Source of the DNA: Octopus sinensis
Taxonomy: Eukaryota
Length of the DNA: 64,000 bases
Reading direction: 5' to 3'
NCBI RefSeq assembly: GCF_006345805.1
Contig: NC_043000.1
Coordinates: 35,898,001 to 35,962,000, forward strand
Part shown: positions 25,627-38,900 of the stretch, piece after piece
Layout of the letters: each line of letters starts with the position of its first letter
Numbering within the stretch: the first letter of the stretch is position 1
Position numbers and translations under genes: made by a program
The notes under the pieces: generated by a model
Seen by the model: the letters and a program-made list of their open reading frames with translations, nothing else
Databases searched by the model: none
Told to the model about the DNA's origin: nothing

Positions 25627-26100
25627 ATACTTACCGCTATACGACCTGCTTGGTGAAGGAAAGCATCTTGTTTTAACCACCATCCATTAAATCTTAAAAA
25701 AAAGATCTTGCAGATTTTTATATTCTCGTATGTTGTGCTCATTATGAGCATACATTGCTTCAGACAGGCTGGTATATATATTCTGTTGCTCCAATGATAA
25801 TAGGTGTGAGGCTCAAAGTGTATCGTGGGTCCTGGATTTGCAAACTCCATATCAATGGTCCATGCATGCATGTTCGGTTTTTAATTATATAAATTCTTTC
25901 TCTGAGGAAGGAGCTGGTTTTTAACAAACAATACAAATCTCCATCGCTGGACTGTAAGAAAAACAGTGTCACATTTTAAACGTGCAAAAGTCTGACATAT
26001 TTTTACTGTTTCACTTAGAGATTGTATTTGCGAGTTAGACAGTTGATTTCTTTATGTATGTATGTATGTATGTATGTATGTATGTATGTATGTATGTATG

Positions 26101-26131
<31 letters not shown>

Positions 26132-26289
26132 TTATGTGTGTATGGCCTTCTACAAACAACCTTACCCAAACTTGTGCCTCGGAGGGTAACTTTCTAGGTG
26201 TAATCCCATGGTCATTCATGACCAGAGGGGGTCTCCTCCTCCTGTATAAATGCACGTATGTGTATGTGTATGTGTGTGTGTCTGTGTGT

Positions 26290-26580
26290 AAGCCAAGAAA
26301 GTGATCAAGAGATAACCTAAAAGAACTGCTTGAAATCCGTGAGATTTCAGGACAGGAATGGTGATAGGAGGGATTTCACATGTCAAGGATAGGAAAAGCT
26401 GGAAGCAAAGCATCTATGACGGAGTGAGCACATTCCAGCGAAGTGCAGACGTGTGGTCACGCATAAGGAGATTCCATTCAACCTACATTTCCTCAAGAGT
26501 CAGTGAAGTCTTTGGTCGCAGATGTACGGTTCACGCAGGCCTGATGAGCCACCAGAAAAGCCACAAGAAAAACTTGCTAC
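26290..26580 (+). mobile_element. RTE-clade LINE 3' end
   Basis: DRKSWKQSIYDGVSTF...FGRRCTVHAGLMSHQKSH, a decayed terminal C2H2-like motif. Confidence 0.65.
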
Positions 26581-27429
26581 AAATTACAACAACTGTCTTT
26601 CTGGGGCCAACTCACATTCGCTGTCGGCCAGAAAAGGGATTTAAATTGCTTGGGTTTATCCAGCTACATGAGGGTGCGCAGGAAAAAAACTATCAGAATG
26701 AGCCGGAACAATAAAAAAAAGTCAGAAGGAATTGGTATGAACGTTGAACCCGCAACAAGTTCTGTAAATCGCTGGCAGGATTCAAGCACCATTATTATTC
26801 TCACAACATGTAAAGCTGTGATGCATTTTATTTAGTCAACCATTGTCAAAATCGTTTAACGAATCGATCACCATAATATGTATGTCATTATTCAGTTTTA
26901 TTTTAAGATTTCTTGCCAATAGAGAAAGAGCCGGTTTCTAAGAGTCAAGTCTCCGTCACTGGAATTTAAACATCAACTTTTGTTTGTATGTATGTGTGTG
27001 TGTATGTGCAGATCTGTATGTATGTATGTATGTATGTATGTATGTATGTATGTATGTATGTATGTATGTATGTATGTTATGTATCCATGTTTGTCGGTCT
27101 GTTTGTCTGTCTGTATGTCTGTCTGTTTGTCTGTCTGTCTGTTTGTCTGTCTGTATGTATATATGTACGTATGTATGTGTGTGTGTATGTATCCATGTTT
27201 GTCTGTCTGTATGTATGTACATAGTAGGTATGTGTGTAGGTAGGTAGGTATGTATGGATGTATGTATATATGTATGCATGCATATATGTATGTATCCATG
27301 TCTGTCTGTCTATGTATGTATGTATGTATGTATGTATGTACGTACGTATGTGTGTGTATGTATGTATGTATGTATGTATGTATGTATGTATGTGTATATG
27401 TACGTATGTGTGTATGTATATGTATTGTC

Positions 27430-28090
27430 CTGGGTATGGCTTTAAACTGCATCCGGTTGAGGGATTCCGGTTGGTGAACTCCTGGCTTTCGGGAAATGTA
27501 GGGCCACATCTTAGCCACGATTGCTTCCAGCGCTGACCCGGAGTATTAGCACCTGTCAGGCTCCCAGCTATGAGTTAACTAGAATACCTGATGACGATCC
27601 ATTTAAGCACAGGGACGCTGAAATACATCAGGGCGCGCTGTAAAACCACCGGCAGTGAGTGACCACTAGCTGTTGTCATAGCATGTTTCTAGGAGAAGGA
27701 CACATGTAAACCCTGAGGTTTTATGTGATTATTGGTCATCTCACATCAGCCTATCACTAGGTACTAAATACGGAGACTCAGAGAGTGGTCCTCGTGTTGT
27801 ACAAGTGTTTATCACTAAAATCTAGTGATATACAGGCATACAGATGACATACAGGCGACATTCAGATGTCATACAATGTCACACAGATGTCTGCTCATGG
27901 CAAACCTATGTGTCATTCTATCTGCTGAAAGTCTTATGGTAATGGAAGAAACACCACGTGTGCAGAACTAATCTGTTGGAAATGCACTGCAAATGAGAAT
28001 TTTCGCCTGTCACCTATGCTCCAAAATATGCGGATCTGTAGTGGGCCTAAATAGTCAGCTGAGACGTCATGGATGGAAAATCAGAAATAC
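27430..28090 (+). mobile_element. RTE-clade LINE remnant
   Basis: FACHLCSKICGSVVGLNSQLRRH at about 28000-28075; upstream part unassigned. Confidence 0.55.
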
Positions 28091-29254
28091 CATTGACTAC
28101 GAAGAAGTACAAGGACAGAGTAATCACACGTGAAGACGGAGCAGGCACCACGTATGTATGTGTGTATGTATGTATGCATGTGTGTGTGTGTGTTTGTAGG
28201 TATGTTATAAGTGTATATATGCAAATATGTATGTATGTGTGTGTGTATGTATGTTTGTGTGTATGTATGTTATTAATGTATGTGCGTATGTATGTGTGTA
28301 TGTATGTGTATATATGTATGTGTGTATGTATATATGTGTGTATGTAAGTTATTAATGTATGTGCGTATGTATGTGCGTGTATATATGTGTGTGTATGTAT
28401 GTGTGTATGTATGTATGTGTGTACGTATGTGTATATATGTATGTGTGTATGTATGTATGTGTGTATGTATGTTATTAATGTGTGTATGTATGTGTGTGTG
28501 TATGTATGTGTATGTATGTGTGTATGTGTATGTATGTATGTATGTATGTATGTATGTATGTGTTCGTATGTATGTGTGTGTATACATGTATGTGTATGTA
28601 TGTATGTATGTATGTATGTATGTATGTATGTATGTATGTATGTATGTACGTGTACGTACGTATGTATATATGTATGTAAATGTATGTTGTCTATTTGTAT
28701 GCATGTATGTATTTATGTACGTACGTATATGTATGCATAATTGTATGCATGCACACACATACACACACACACACGTACACACACGTACACATACATACTG
28801 ACACACCTCACACACACCTTCACACACCCCATACTCACACATACACACTCACATGTATGCATGTTCCTATGTATATAGCAACATTTATTGAAAATATATC
28901 CAATAATTGCCGAAGAGAAAAAAAATGGTCTTCTCTTAAGTGAAGTCTCTGATTTGTTTCACTTTCCTTTTCCTCCCCATGGCTCCATATCCATGGCCCT
29001 TAAACAGCTTTATACATCAGAAAGACCCATTTTCTCGCAATATACTTCGAGGTCATTGAGCTTAGGCAAGTCACTCAGCATTGTCTTAGCAAATATTGAT
29101 TTATTAATTATTCAGTAGTGAGATGATTGAGGCTTCGGGTTTGGTGAAATCCAATATTTCTTATATTCAATACGAGGATCGTATGTATGCAAAACCACGC
29201 ACACACACACATACATACACACAAATGCAAAAACATATACGTACACATGCACGC

Positions 29255-29311
<57 letters not shown>

Positions 29312-30093
29312 GATGCATACATACACACACACGTACACACACACACACAGACATATATATATACATGTATTATATATATATGTAGATATGTACGTATACG
29401 TGTATACATATATATGTATATATGTATGTACATACACACACAAACACACACACACGCGCATATATTTATGCATGTATGTATGTATATATAATATGTACAT
29501 ATATACATATATATGTATATATATACATATATATATATATATACACACACACGCATATATATATATGTATATATATTCATACACACATATATATATATAT
29601 GCCACATCACATCAAAACAATTATAAAGGAAGCCGTGTTACTTTAGATCAAAAGAAAACGGGGATGGTTTGATAGATACATAAATACACACACGCACACA
29701 CACACACACATAAATGCACATAGACATAAACGCACAGACATATGTATACTTAGCTCTATACCCTCACGCCCACACTGTGCAGTCCTTCCCATATCCATGC
29801 ATCCACACATACACGCCAAGATGAAAGGGAAACACAACAACAACAACAACAACAACGGCATCAACATCAACTACGACAATATAAATACAAAATCAAAACA
29901 AAATTCTTCCATTTTGTTGCGAAGAACATTTGAATGGATTCCTTTTTGAGCAAGAATTGCCTGTTCTTAGAGTCTCATGAATTCTGACATAGATGCCAAA
30001 ACATTGAGACAAATATCGATGAGAATAAACAATAAGTCGGATCGCGTGTTTATGCCTCTTTGTGTGTGTGTGTGTGCGTGTGTGTGTGTGTGC

Positions 30094-30145
<52 letters not shown>

Positions 30146-30481
30146 AAGATATTGTTGTAAGACATTAAACTAAACGAACACTCGCTGAAACAATCATTTG
30201 TCATATATTAATTGTATTGATAGAGATTTCAACAATAATTACATTTCTATTTACACGTACATACATGCTTATATATATGTGTGTGTATTTATATATATAT
30301 ATAATATATACACATATAACATATAGAGATTCATATAATCGCGTCGCTATTATACACTGAAATTATTATCATATGAGGAAAGCTGCGAAACAGCAGTTAT
30401 CCTAAGATGGTGAAATAAATATATTCACCTCTCATACTTCCTAACTTATGATTTGTATATATGTATATGTATAAATATATA

Positions 30482-30542
<61 letters not shown>

Positions 30543-30769
30543 ATATAGTATATTACAACTAATAAGAGGAATATTTTCGAACACAGCGTTGAGCTTGGAT
30601 GTAAAAAACTCTTACATTGCCATTCCTTATAATATCATTATATTGTCTTCTCATGTCGACACATAGCCATAAGTTCGGGTTGTTATTGCATTACATCTTT
30701 GCAGCGATTTAGAGCTTTCTGTTTTTGGTTTTTATGGTAATTACCGTGATAGTCACAGAAGTCATCATT

Positions 30770-31130
30770 ACGATGACGATGATGTAATGATGACGGTGGT
30801 GAAGATGATGATGATGATGATGATGATGATGCCGACGGCAATGACTGCGACGACGATGGCGGTGATTATGATGATGACGGCTGTGAAACCGATTGTTAAA
30901 GCATTTCTTTTCAAACTCCTTGTTAACCTCATCTTTATCTCCTCCTCCTCCACCACCACCACCGCTCCCCTCCTCCTCCCCTCTTCCTCCTCCTCCTGCT
31001 CATCCCCTCTTCCTACTCCTCCTCCTCTTCTTCCCTTCTCCTCCCCTCTCCTCCTCCTCATTCTTCTTCTTCTTCTTCTTCTTCTTCTTCTAGCCCCTTC
31101 AACTTCTAGCTCCTTCAATTCTTCTTCCAA
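30770..31130. repeat. (GAT)n/(CCT)n/(CTT)n low-complexity tract
   Basis: Direct inspection. Confidence 0.85.
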
Positions 31131-31426
31131 TCTTTGATCTATATTTAGCACCAAACAAAATCAAACAACATGCAGGTAAAACACCATATTTTAAACATTT
31201 TTCAATAGTTTGTACGCAGAAATGGCCTCCACGACGGAGGGTCAAAAAGCAGCGAGAGATTACCACGTGATGCGACCCCCACGATTTTTACCTGACACAT
31301 TGATCTTTATATTACGTACATTCCATAATTGCATTGACAAAATAAAACTGCACAGGTCACATTAAACAAATATTCATTGCAGATCGTCGTCCTCCAGTGT
31401 CGTCTGCTCTGAGGTGTTTTTGTCAC

Positions 31427-31520
31427 CATCAATAGCAAACTTTTGATCGATTTGCTGACATCAATGACGATTTTTCCATCGATTTACTACCGTCAATGGC
31501 GAACTTTGGATCGATTGGTT
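31427..31520. repeat. Three degenerate 32-bp units carrying ATCAAT/GTCAAT and ATCGAT motifs
   Basis: C(A/G)TCAAT at 31427, 31459, 31491; ATCGAT at 31446, 31478, 31510. Confidence 0.7.
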
Positions 31521-32022
31521 CGATCTCGTTTTTTTTTTCTCTCGATTGTAAACAAACATTGAATTAGATGGTGCAAGTAAATGGCGGTGCCCCAGCATGG
31601 CCACAGCTCGTGAGCTGAAACTAGAATCAATCAATCAATCAATCAAAGTTGATTGGATAAAAAATTTCTTAATTATATGTAAATTTAAATGACATAGTGG
31701 GAATTAAAATAGCGTTTAGCAGAAAAACTTATGTATGGGTGTATATGTATATATGCATGTGTGTGTGTGTATATGTGTACGTATGTATGTTTGTTCATAT
31801 GCATGTCTGTATGTGTGCATGTACGTACGTATGCATGTATGTCATTATTCGGTTTTATTTCTAAATTTCTTGCCAATAGAAAGAGAGTCGGTTTATGACC
31901 TAGATTCAAGGCTCCTTCATTGGAATTTCAACATCAACAACAGGGTTTTATGGAATTATGGAGTTGCGTTCTCTCCCTAGAACTGAAGTCCGGCTTCACT
32001 TTGCTCCAGAGAGTGTGTACAC

Positions 32023-32053
<31 letters not shown>

Positions 32054-32520
32054 TGTATGTATGTATGTATGTATGTAGTATATATGTATGTATGTATGCA
32101 TGTATGTGTGTATGTATGTATGTATGTATGTATACATGCATGTATGTGTGAATGTATGTATGTGTGTATGTATGAATGTATGTATGTGTATGTGTATGTA
32201 TGTGTATGTGTATGTATGTGTGTATGTATGTGTGTGTATGTATGTATATATGTGTGTGTGCCATGTTACTTATGAGGTCTTTCATGAGTGCTATTTGTAA
32301 GATAGGATCCAGTCGTCAGGGACTAAACCAGCACCTCCTCCTGGCGAGGAAAGTTGCTTGAAACTCAGCAGGACTGAAAGCAAGACTCGTCAAAAGGACG
32401 GATGAACCTAATAATGGGTTCAACGACTATCTAGCAGTAGTGCGGACCCTCAGAATTTTTGCTATTTGTGTCTAGTATGCTGGAAGGCCACTGGAAGTGA
32501 GGCAACCCTCAGCTTTTATT

Positions 32521-32740
32521 CTTTTCTACTCTATGCACAAGGCCCGAAATTTTGGGGGACGGGGGGCCAGTCGATTAGATCGACCCCAGTATGCAACTGG
32601 TACTTAATTTATCGACCCCGAAAGGATGAAAGGCAAAGTTGACCTCGACGGAATTTGAACTCAGAACGTAAAGACAGACAAAATACCACTAAGCATTTCG
32701 CCCGGCGTGCTAACGTTTCTGCCAGCTCACCGCCTTAACT
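32521..32740 (-). mobile_element. Family B SINE with 13-bp target-site duplication
   Basis: CTCAGCTTTTATT at 32508-32520 and 32741-32753. Confidence 0.9.
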
Positions 32741-34022
32741 CTCAGCTTTTATTAAAGGCGCTCATTCTGATGTAAAACCAAATTTACAGGGAATGTCATT
32801 GAATGTTCTAAGAATTTATTTACTTGCGCCTGAAATCATAGCGCTTCCACATTTCTGAGCCTACGACCCACATTGGCACTAGATATCTTACTCTGAATTG
32901 TGTCCAGATTATGCCAGTAGGCTGGAGAGAGTCTTTGAGGCGCTGTGCAAGTCTTATTGGCTCTAAAATTTTAGGTTGTGCAATCACTGGTGAGGCAACT
33001 TTATGGTGCTCAGTCGAGTAGGAGGGCGTCGTGACGGGTATGGAAACCGCGGGCATGAACCCCGGTGCAGTAATCTCATGCAAGGGCATTACTTGGACTT
33101 TGCATAGGCAATGGTCAGTAATAGTCTTCCTAGGTCACGAGCAGACAACCATCATCGTCATGTATGTACGTATGTATGTATGTATGTATGTATTTATTAT
33201 GTATGTATGTATGTATGTATGTATGTATGTATGTATGTATGTATGTATGTATGTATGTAGATATGTAGATAGGAGCACATGTGTATACATATGTATGTAC
33301 ATATGCATGTATGCGTGCATGTATGTATGTATGTATGTATATATATATATATACATGCTTGTATGTATGTAGGCATGCATGCATATGTGCTTGTATGCAT
33401 GTATTAGTGTATTTATTTTCCTGGAGATGTAATCAAGTAATTATTCCTGGAGATGTAATTAAGTTGTTTTGCACAGACATAGGAACCGATATTTGCCAGT
33501 GGACACGATGTGATAGTCTTGATGCCTTTCCAAATACAAATATGTTACTTGTCACTACATATCTGGAGCCAACGCAAAACACACGACCTACTAAATATAG
33601 CAAGTAAACCGCCCTCAAATCACCACTTGCTAACGATAAATAAAAGAAAACACCGGAGAATATAGTTTAATATAAACTAAATCTCAAAATGTATTTACAA
33701 AAGTGACAGTATGTTTGTAGCTGGAACGTTTTTGATCATAAACTTATGGATTAAGATTGGCCTAGGGCTAAACACCACCGCCATCCACTACAAATAAAAC
33801 TATATTTATCTCTTCCGGGATAGATTTGCATGTATTATCGCAAATTACCAATACGGCGGCAGAAAGCTTTAACAAGTAGAACAGATTATATTTTGAATTC
33901 AAATCGAAACGGGAATAAATTTGACTGTTCAAAGGCGTTAGTAATGGATGGGACGAATGCCTGTAATATACTGGGGGTACGTTTTATTCGATGATGACAC
34001 CTATTTCGTCTCCTCCACTTAC

Positions 34023-34049
34023 CTTGTTACTACTAAACTGCCCTTGTGC
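34023..34049 (-). CDS. Candidate 27-nt microexon (AQGQFSSNK or HKGSLVVT frame)
   Basis: TTATTCTGCAG|GCACAAGGGCAGTTTAGTAGTAACAAG|GTAAGT; consensus donor, frame-preserving length. Confidence 0.3.
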
Positions 34050-34686
34050 CTGCAGAATAAATCGATATTTCATTTGTAAATAATACGATTGAGGTATTAT
34101 CGGGAGAGATTAGGAAGAAAGCAACAACAGAAAACAAAGAGGAAAAAAAATCTGGGATTAGAGATTTCTTTCCCCTCTCTATGTAAAGCAAAAGAACGAG
34201 TGAACAGCAGCAGTGGTGGTGGTGGCGGCGGCGGCAGCAGTAGTAGCAGCAGTAGCAGCAACAACAGGTAAGCTGAAACTGTAGCAGCAGCAATAAAAAC
34301 AATAATAAGAGTAGCAAGAACAAAGATAGCAACTGTTGTGAGTCTCGTATTTTATTGTCAAGATCTGTCCTGAGCAATTAGAAAGAGATAGATATAGATA
34401 GATAGATAGAGAGAGAGAGGTATGTATATATATTGAGAGTTCGGAAAGGAAGTAAAGAAAAGAAGAGAGACTTAGAGAGAGAGAGAGAGAGAGAGAGACC
34501 GAGAGAGGGAAAGAGAGAGAAAGAGAGAGAGACAGAGGTACGTATATACATTGAGAGAATTCGAGAAGGAGCGAGAGAGAAGGAGAGAGATAAGAAGAGA
34601 GACTTAGAGAGAAAGAGATGGAAAGAGAAAGACAGATAGTGAGACAGAGACTGAGAGAGGGAGAGGGAGAGGGAGAGGGAGAGAGG

Positions 34687-34722
<36 letters not shown>

Positions 34723-35062
34723 TGAAAGATAGGTTTATTTTGTCGATAGAAAGACTCCGATTTCGATGAAATCTTAGAGACTAAAGCCTTTTAAAAAACG
34801 ATGCCGTAGCTGTGAGCCGAGTATTATGGCGGGTTCGATGCTGAAAACACATAACAGAAGGGACTAGATGATCCCTAATACTGGAAATATAAACAACACA
34901 AAAGAAAGCATAACAAAACAAAGGAATATATAATGAAAACAATTAAAATGTGATGAAGTTTTGTAATTAAGGGAAATGGTTTTAATAAACAATATGGCCG
35001 CCTCGTGAAAGAAGGTTGAGATATTTAAGCATCACGAAATATAGGTGTATGGTTAGTAGCAA

Positions 35063-35104
<42 letters not shown>

Positions 35105-35109
35105 GAGTA

Positions 35110-35350
35110 TGGAGGCGCGTGGCTTAGTGGTTAGGTGTGCTGGATTCTTGATTGTAAGCGAGTTGTTTCGATTCCTGTATCGGGTGACGCATTGTGCTCT
35201 GGAACAAATCACTTCATTTCACGTTGCTCCAGTCCTCCCAAATGAGGCACAAATGAGTAATCCTGTGACAGACCGGCGTCACATCTAATGGGAATATATA
35301 CGCCACAGGAGCCAGGAAACCGGCCCTTTGAATCTATATGGCCCAGGAAA
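35110..35350 (+). mobile_element. Family C SINE (tRNA head, CORE-like, V-like domain)
   Basis: GTGGCTTAGTGGTTAGG A-box, TTCGATTCC B-box. Confidence 0.7.
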
Positions 35351-35658
35351 TATATTGATTCCTTATCCTATCTTAGTAGTAGTAGTAGCAGCAGCAGATG
35401 ACATACATACTTACATACATCCAGGGCCTGCTCTCGGGATGCTGGCGCTCTGGGCAAGCTGAACTTCAGCGCACTTACAAGTATATTTTCTTAAAACTTT
35501 CACAAGGAGACAAACTGAAAATATAGACTAAGAAGCATCTGGCGCTCCACGTGACTGCCCCAACTGCCCCAACTGCCGGAATAAACGACCAAAGATACAA
35601 TGGTCTTTCGATGTAAAGACAACAGAATGTGATCTTTTTGTTTTATTCTAGATTTGTT

Positions 35659-35768
35659 CATTATTTACATTATTTACATTTGACGGAAACTTGTTTGTTG
35701 TTAACGCAACATTTCGGTTGATATATCCTCCAGCCTTCATCAGGTGTCTGGGGGAAATTTCGAACCTG
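35659..35768 (-). ncRNA. Solo fragment of the 16-kb hammerhead arm (hammerhead at 35703-35748)
   Basis: GACACCTGATGAAGGCTGGAGGATATATCAACCGAAATGTTGCGTT, homologous to 16424-16469. Confidence 0.75.
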
Positions 35769-35769
35769 C

Positions 35770-36260
35770 CTCCTCCTGCCTTCATTGCTGCTCCTGCTTC
35801 TGCAGCTCTTCTTGCTCCTTCTACTGCACTTCCTGCTCCACCTTTTCCTGCTCCACCTCTTCCTGCCCCACCTCTTTCTGCTTCTCCTCTTCCTGCACCT
35901 CCTCTTCGTGCTCCTTTTCTTTCCGACCCTCCTCCTCATCCGGCTCCTACTACTCATCCTGTTCCTCCTGCTCCTGTACTTCTAGCTCCTGCTGCTTCTT
36001 TTTCCCCTGCCCTGCTTCTCCTGTTCCTGATCCTTCTGCTCCTCTTCCTGCTCCCTCTGCTCCTCATGCTCCTGCTCTTCCTGCTCCTCCTACTCCTGCT
36101 CCTCCTGCTCCTCCTGCTCCTGCTATTTCTGCTCCTGCTCTTTCTGCTTCTCCTCTTCCTGCTACCCCTGCTCTTCCTGCTCCTGCTCTTTCTGTTTCTC
36201 CTCTTCCCCTCCCCAGCCCTCCGTATCCCCTCTCCTTTCCAATCCTCCCCCTCCCCCTTC
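35770..36260. repeat. (CCT/GCT)-rich degenerate repeat
   Basis: Direct inspection; the Pro/Leu-rich ORFs are artefacts. Confidence 0.85.
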
Positions 36261-36531
36261 CTTTTTTACAATGTCCGAATTTCCTCAAAGTGTTTTCTTA
36301 ATATATTTTAAAACATTCTTATCGTCGTGTTTCTTTTTTGCACTTGTGTAATCGTGTGTGTGTCTATGTGTGTGTTTGTGTGTGTGTGTGTGTATGTATT
36401 TGTGTGTATGTGTGTCTATGTTCGTGTGTGTGTGTTTGTGTGTGTGTGTGAGTGTGCCCGTGGGTGTGTGTTTGTGTGTATGTGTGTGCCTGTGTGTGCC
36501 CGTGTGTGTGTGTGTATTGGCTTGCTAGCTA

Positions 36532-38112
36532 TTAGGTCGTCAAGTATGAAATTTGCAGTAAGGTTTATGGTGAACTTTGACAGCTGCTCATTTTGTGCCA
36601 TTATTATATTTTGTCAATCTTTATTTTCTGTTAGAAAGCTGATACTCTATTTCTTTATTCGAACTCATTTTGAGCTTCCAAGTTTGTTCCTTTGCTATTT
36701 TTGTTGAGAGATGGGTAAGTCGAAAATTCGTACAGTTTTGAAATATGAGTTCTTTTTTGGAAATACAGCATCACAGATAGCTCGGAATATTAATGGAGTA
36801 TTTCATTCTAATGTTATTACACAGCAGACAGTACCAAATTGGTTTGCAAAATTTCGTTCTGGTAACTTTGACCTCATAAATGAGCAACACAGTCAACCAG
36901 AAACAAAGGTGGATAATGATGAACTGAAAGCCACCATCGAGTCAGGTCCATCTCAAAGTGCCCGTGAATTATCTTGAACAGGCGGGTCAGGTGTTCCTCG
37001 TCGACGCCCAGATTCTCCCCGAGAACGTCGTCGCACCTCCTCTCCACTAAACCTCTATAGAACGCCTTTAAAAAAAATTTAAGGCGGCGAGCTGGCAGAA
37101 ACGTTAGCGCGCCGGACGAAATGCTTAGCGATATTTGGTCTGCCGTTACGTTCTGAGTTTAAATTCCGCCGAGGTCGACTTTGCCTTTCATCCTTTCGGA
37201 GTTGATAAATTAAGTACTAGTTACACACTGGGGTTGATGTAATCGACTTAATCCATTTGTTTGTCCTTGTTTGTTCCCTCTATGCTTAGCCCCTTATGGG
37301 CAATAAATAAATTGTTGTTTGGTGTTAGAAAGCAAACAATTTTGACTCACCTGGTTCAAACCGGTAAAATGAAAAAGTTGGATAAGTGGGCTCCTCATGA
37401 ACTCAACGAAAATCAGAAACAGCAACGTTTGGAAGCCTGCATTATGCTACTTTCTCGTCACAAAAATGAATAATTTTTTAATCAAATTGTTACATGTGAT
37501 GAGAAATGGATCCAATACAACAACCGTAAACGTTCTGCACAATGGTTGGACAAAGACGAGTCACTAAAATAGTCCAAAAAGCAAAATTCATCAAAACAAG
37601 CTGATGGTATGTGTTTGGTGGTCTGGCGCAGGTGTGATCCATTATGATTTCATTAAACCTGGCTCATCAATCACGGCCGAAATATATTGCAGCCAACTGG
37701 ACCAAATAATGCAGAAACTTACAAAAAAAAAAAATCAGCCTAGATTAGTCATCAGATCCACTCCTATTGCAAAAATGACATTGGCGAAACTACAGGAGTT
37801 GGAGTTGGAAGTTCTCCATCACCCACCATACTCACCTGATCTTGCCTCCACTGACGTATTCTTCCAGAATTTGGACAGCATTTTGATAGGAAAAAAAATT
37901 AATTCTGATGATGCTGTAAAACAAGCCTTCCAAGATTTTATTGACTCTAGAATGCTAGGCTTTTACAGTCCCGGGATGGACAAGTTACCACTAAAATGGC
38001 AAGTGTATTGACGATATGGGTGCATACTTTGATGAATAAAACTATTCCTTGTATTTATAAAACACTACCAAACATTTTTTCCTTTCTACAAATTTCATAC
38101 TTGACGACCCAA
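36532..38112 (+). mobile_element. Full-length decayed mariner transposon interrupted by a SINE
   Basis: 24-bp TIRs (TT(A/G)GGTCGTCAAGTATGAAATTTG, 1 mismatch) with TA on both sides; KWAPHEL, IVTCDEKW, HHPPYSPDLASTD; stops and frameshifts. Confidence 0.92.
37081..37310 (+). mobile_element. Family B SINE inside the mariner
   Basis: GGCGGCGAGCTGGCAGAAACGTTAGC head and shared central domain. Confidence 0.9.
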
Positions 38113-38269
38113 TAAATCCGTTTCTTTCGCTTTATTTTAATCTTTATTGTTAATCAACAATCTCAACAAATCAGGCTATAATATATACCCCTTGATTGTC
38201 CACAAGTTCTTGACCACGTCCGCTGGCTTGTCCATACCTCGACGGCAGAAATCACCAGGTCTTGACTCT

Positions 38270-38900
38270 AAAGAATTCATTTAGCTCTGTTTTCAGTTCT
38301 ACGACGCTGTTGAATGAATCGCCTTGCAGACTGTTTGAGAGCGACCGAAAGAACTGGAAATCTGGAGCCGCCCATCAGGGGAATACGGTGAATGCAGCAG
38401 AACTTTCCAAGTGAGCAGTTTTGGTGAAATTAACGACATGGAGTGTGCAATGCCGTGTTGACGAAGCACGCCATGTTGCGGTCGTATCGCTTCAGCCGAG
38501 CTGCTTCGTCGTGCTGGTGCATTTGTTGAACGTAAAGCTCGACATTGCTTTTTTAGCATTCCGTAGTAAATTAGCCTTTTTCAAAATCACCAAACGCAGA
38601 TCATTGACTCGCATGGATGCTGCTTTGGTTTGGCTCAAAGTGATGCTTGATATCGGGACTCAACCTTTCTTTCATCTGTCTCATATTGACGCAAAGATAC
38701 AATTTTCATTGCTGCTGACGATGCGGTAAAGTAATCTCCTGTTTGTGTCGAGCGAGCAAACTGACAGAGGAGTGCTGGAGTTTGTCTCTTTCATTAAGAA
38801 CGTCTGACATACATGCAACGAGTTTTTAGACATTACTCTTTGAGTGAAGGTGACAAGTGACAATATTATGAGTCCATCCTATCTGCTTGGACCGATTCCC
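38270..38900 (-). mobile_element. Decayed mariner transposase fragment
   Basis: LYRIVSSNEN (TGDEK-like) and LHSPYSPD. Confidence 0.7.

Noticed and set aside
25600-25640. Two perfect minus-strand GTAAGT splice donors
   Set aside because: Both are the D-loop TGGTAAGTA of the tRNA-Asp pseudogene and its duplicate.
26135-26232. Possible HDV-like ribozyme (TTACCC/GGGTAA and GGTCA/TGACC helices)
   Set aside because: I could not build the nested double pseudoknot; more likely an ordinary SINE tail. Needs an RNArobo/Infernal test.
27587-27632. CTGATGA...GAAAT hammerhead-like spacing
   Set aside because: Stem I does not form, the 10.1-11.1 pair is wrong, and CCTGATG pairs instead with CATCAGG.
32290-33150. 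Mid-GC segment around the SINE, with ORFs on both strands
   Set aside because: No recognisable domain; probably a decayed retroelement, but the family cannot be supported.
35691-36311. 206-aa Pro/Ala/Leu-rich ORF
   Set aside because: It begins in a hammerhead-arm repeat and runs through a CCT/GCT degenerate repeat; both strands are open, typical of low complexity.
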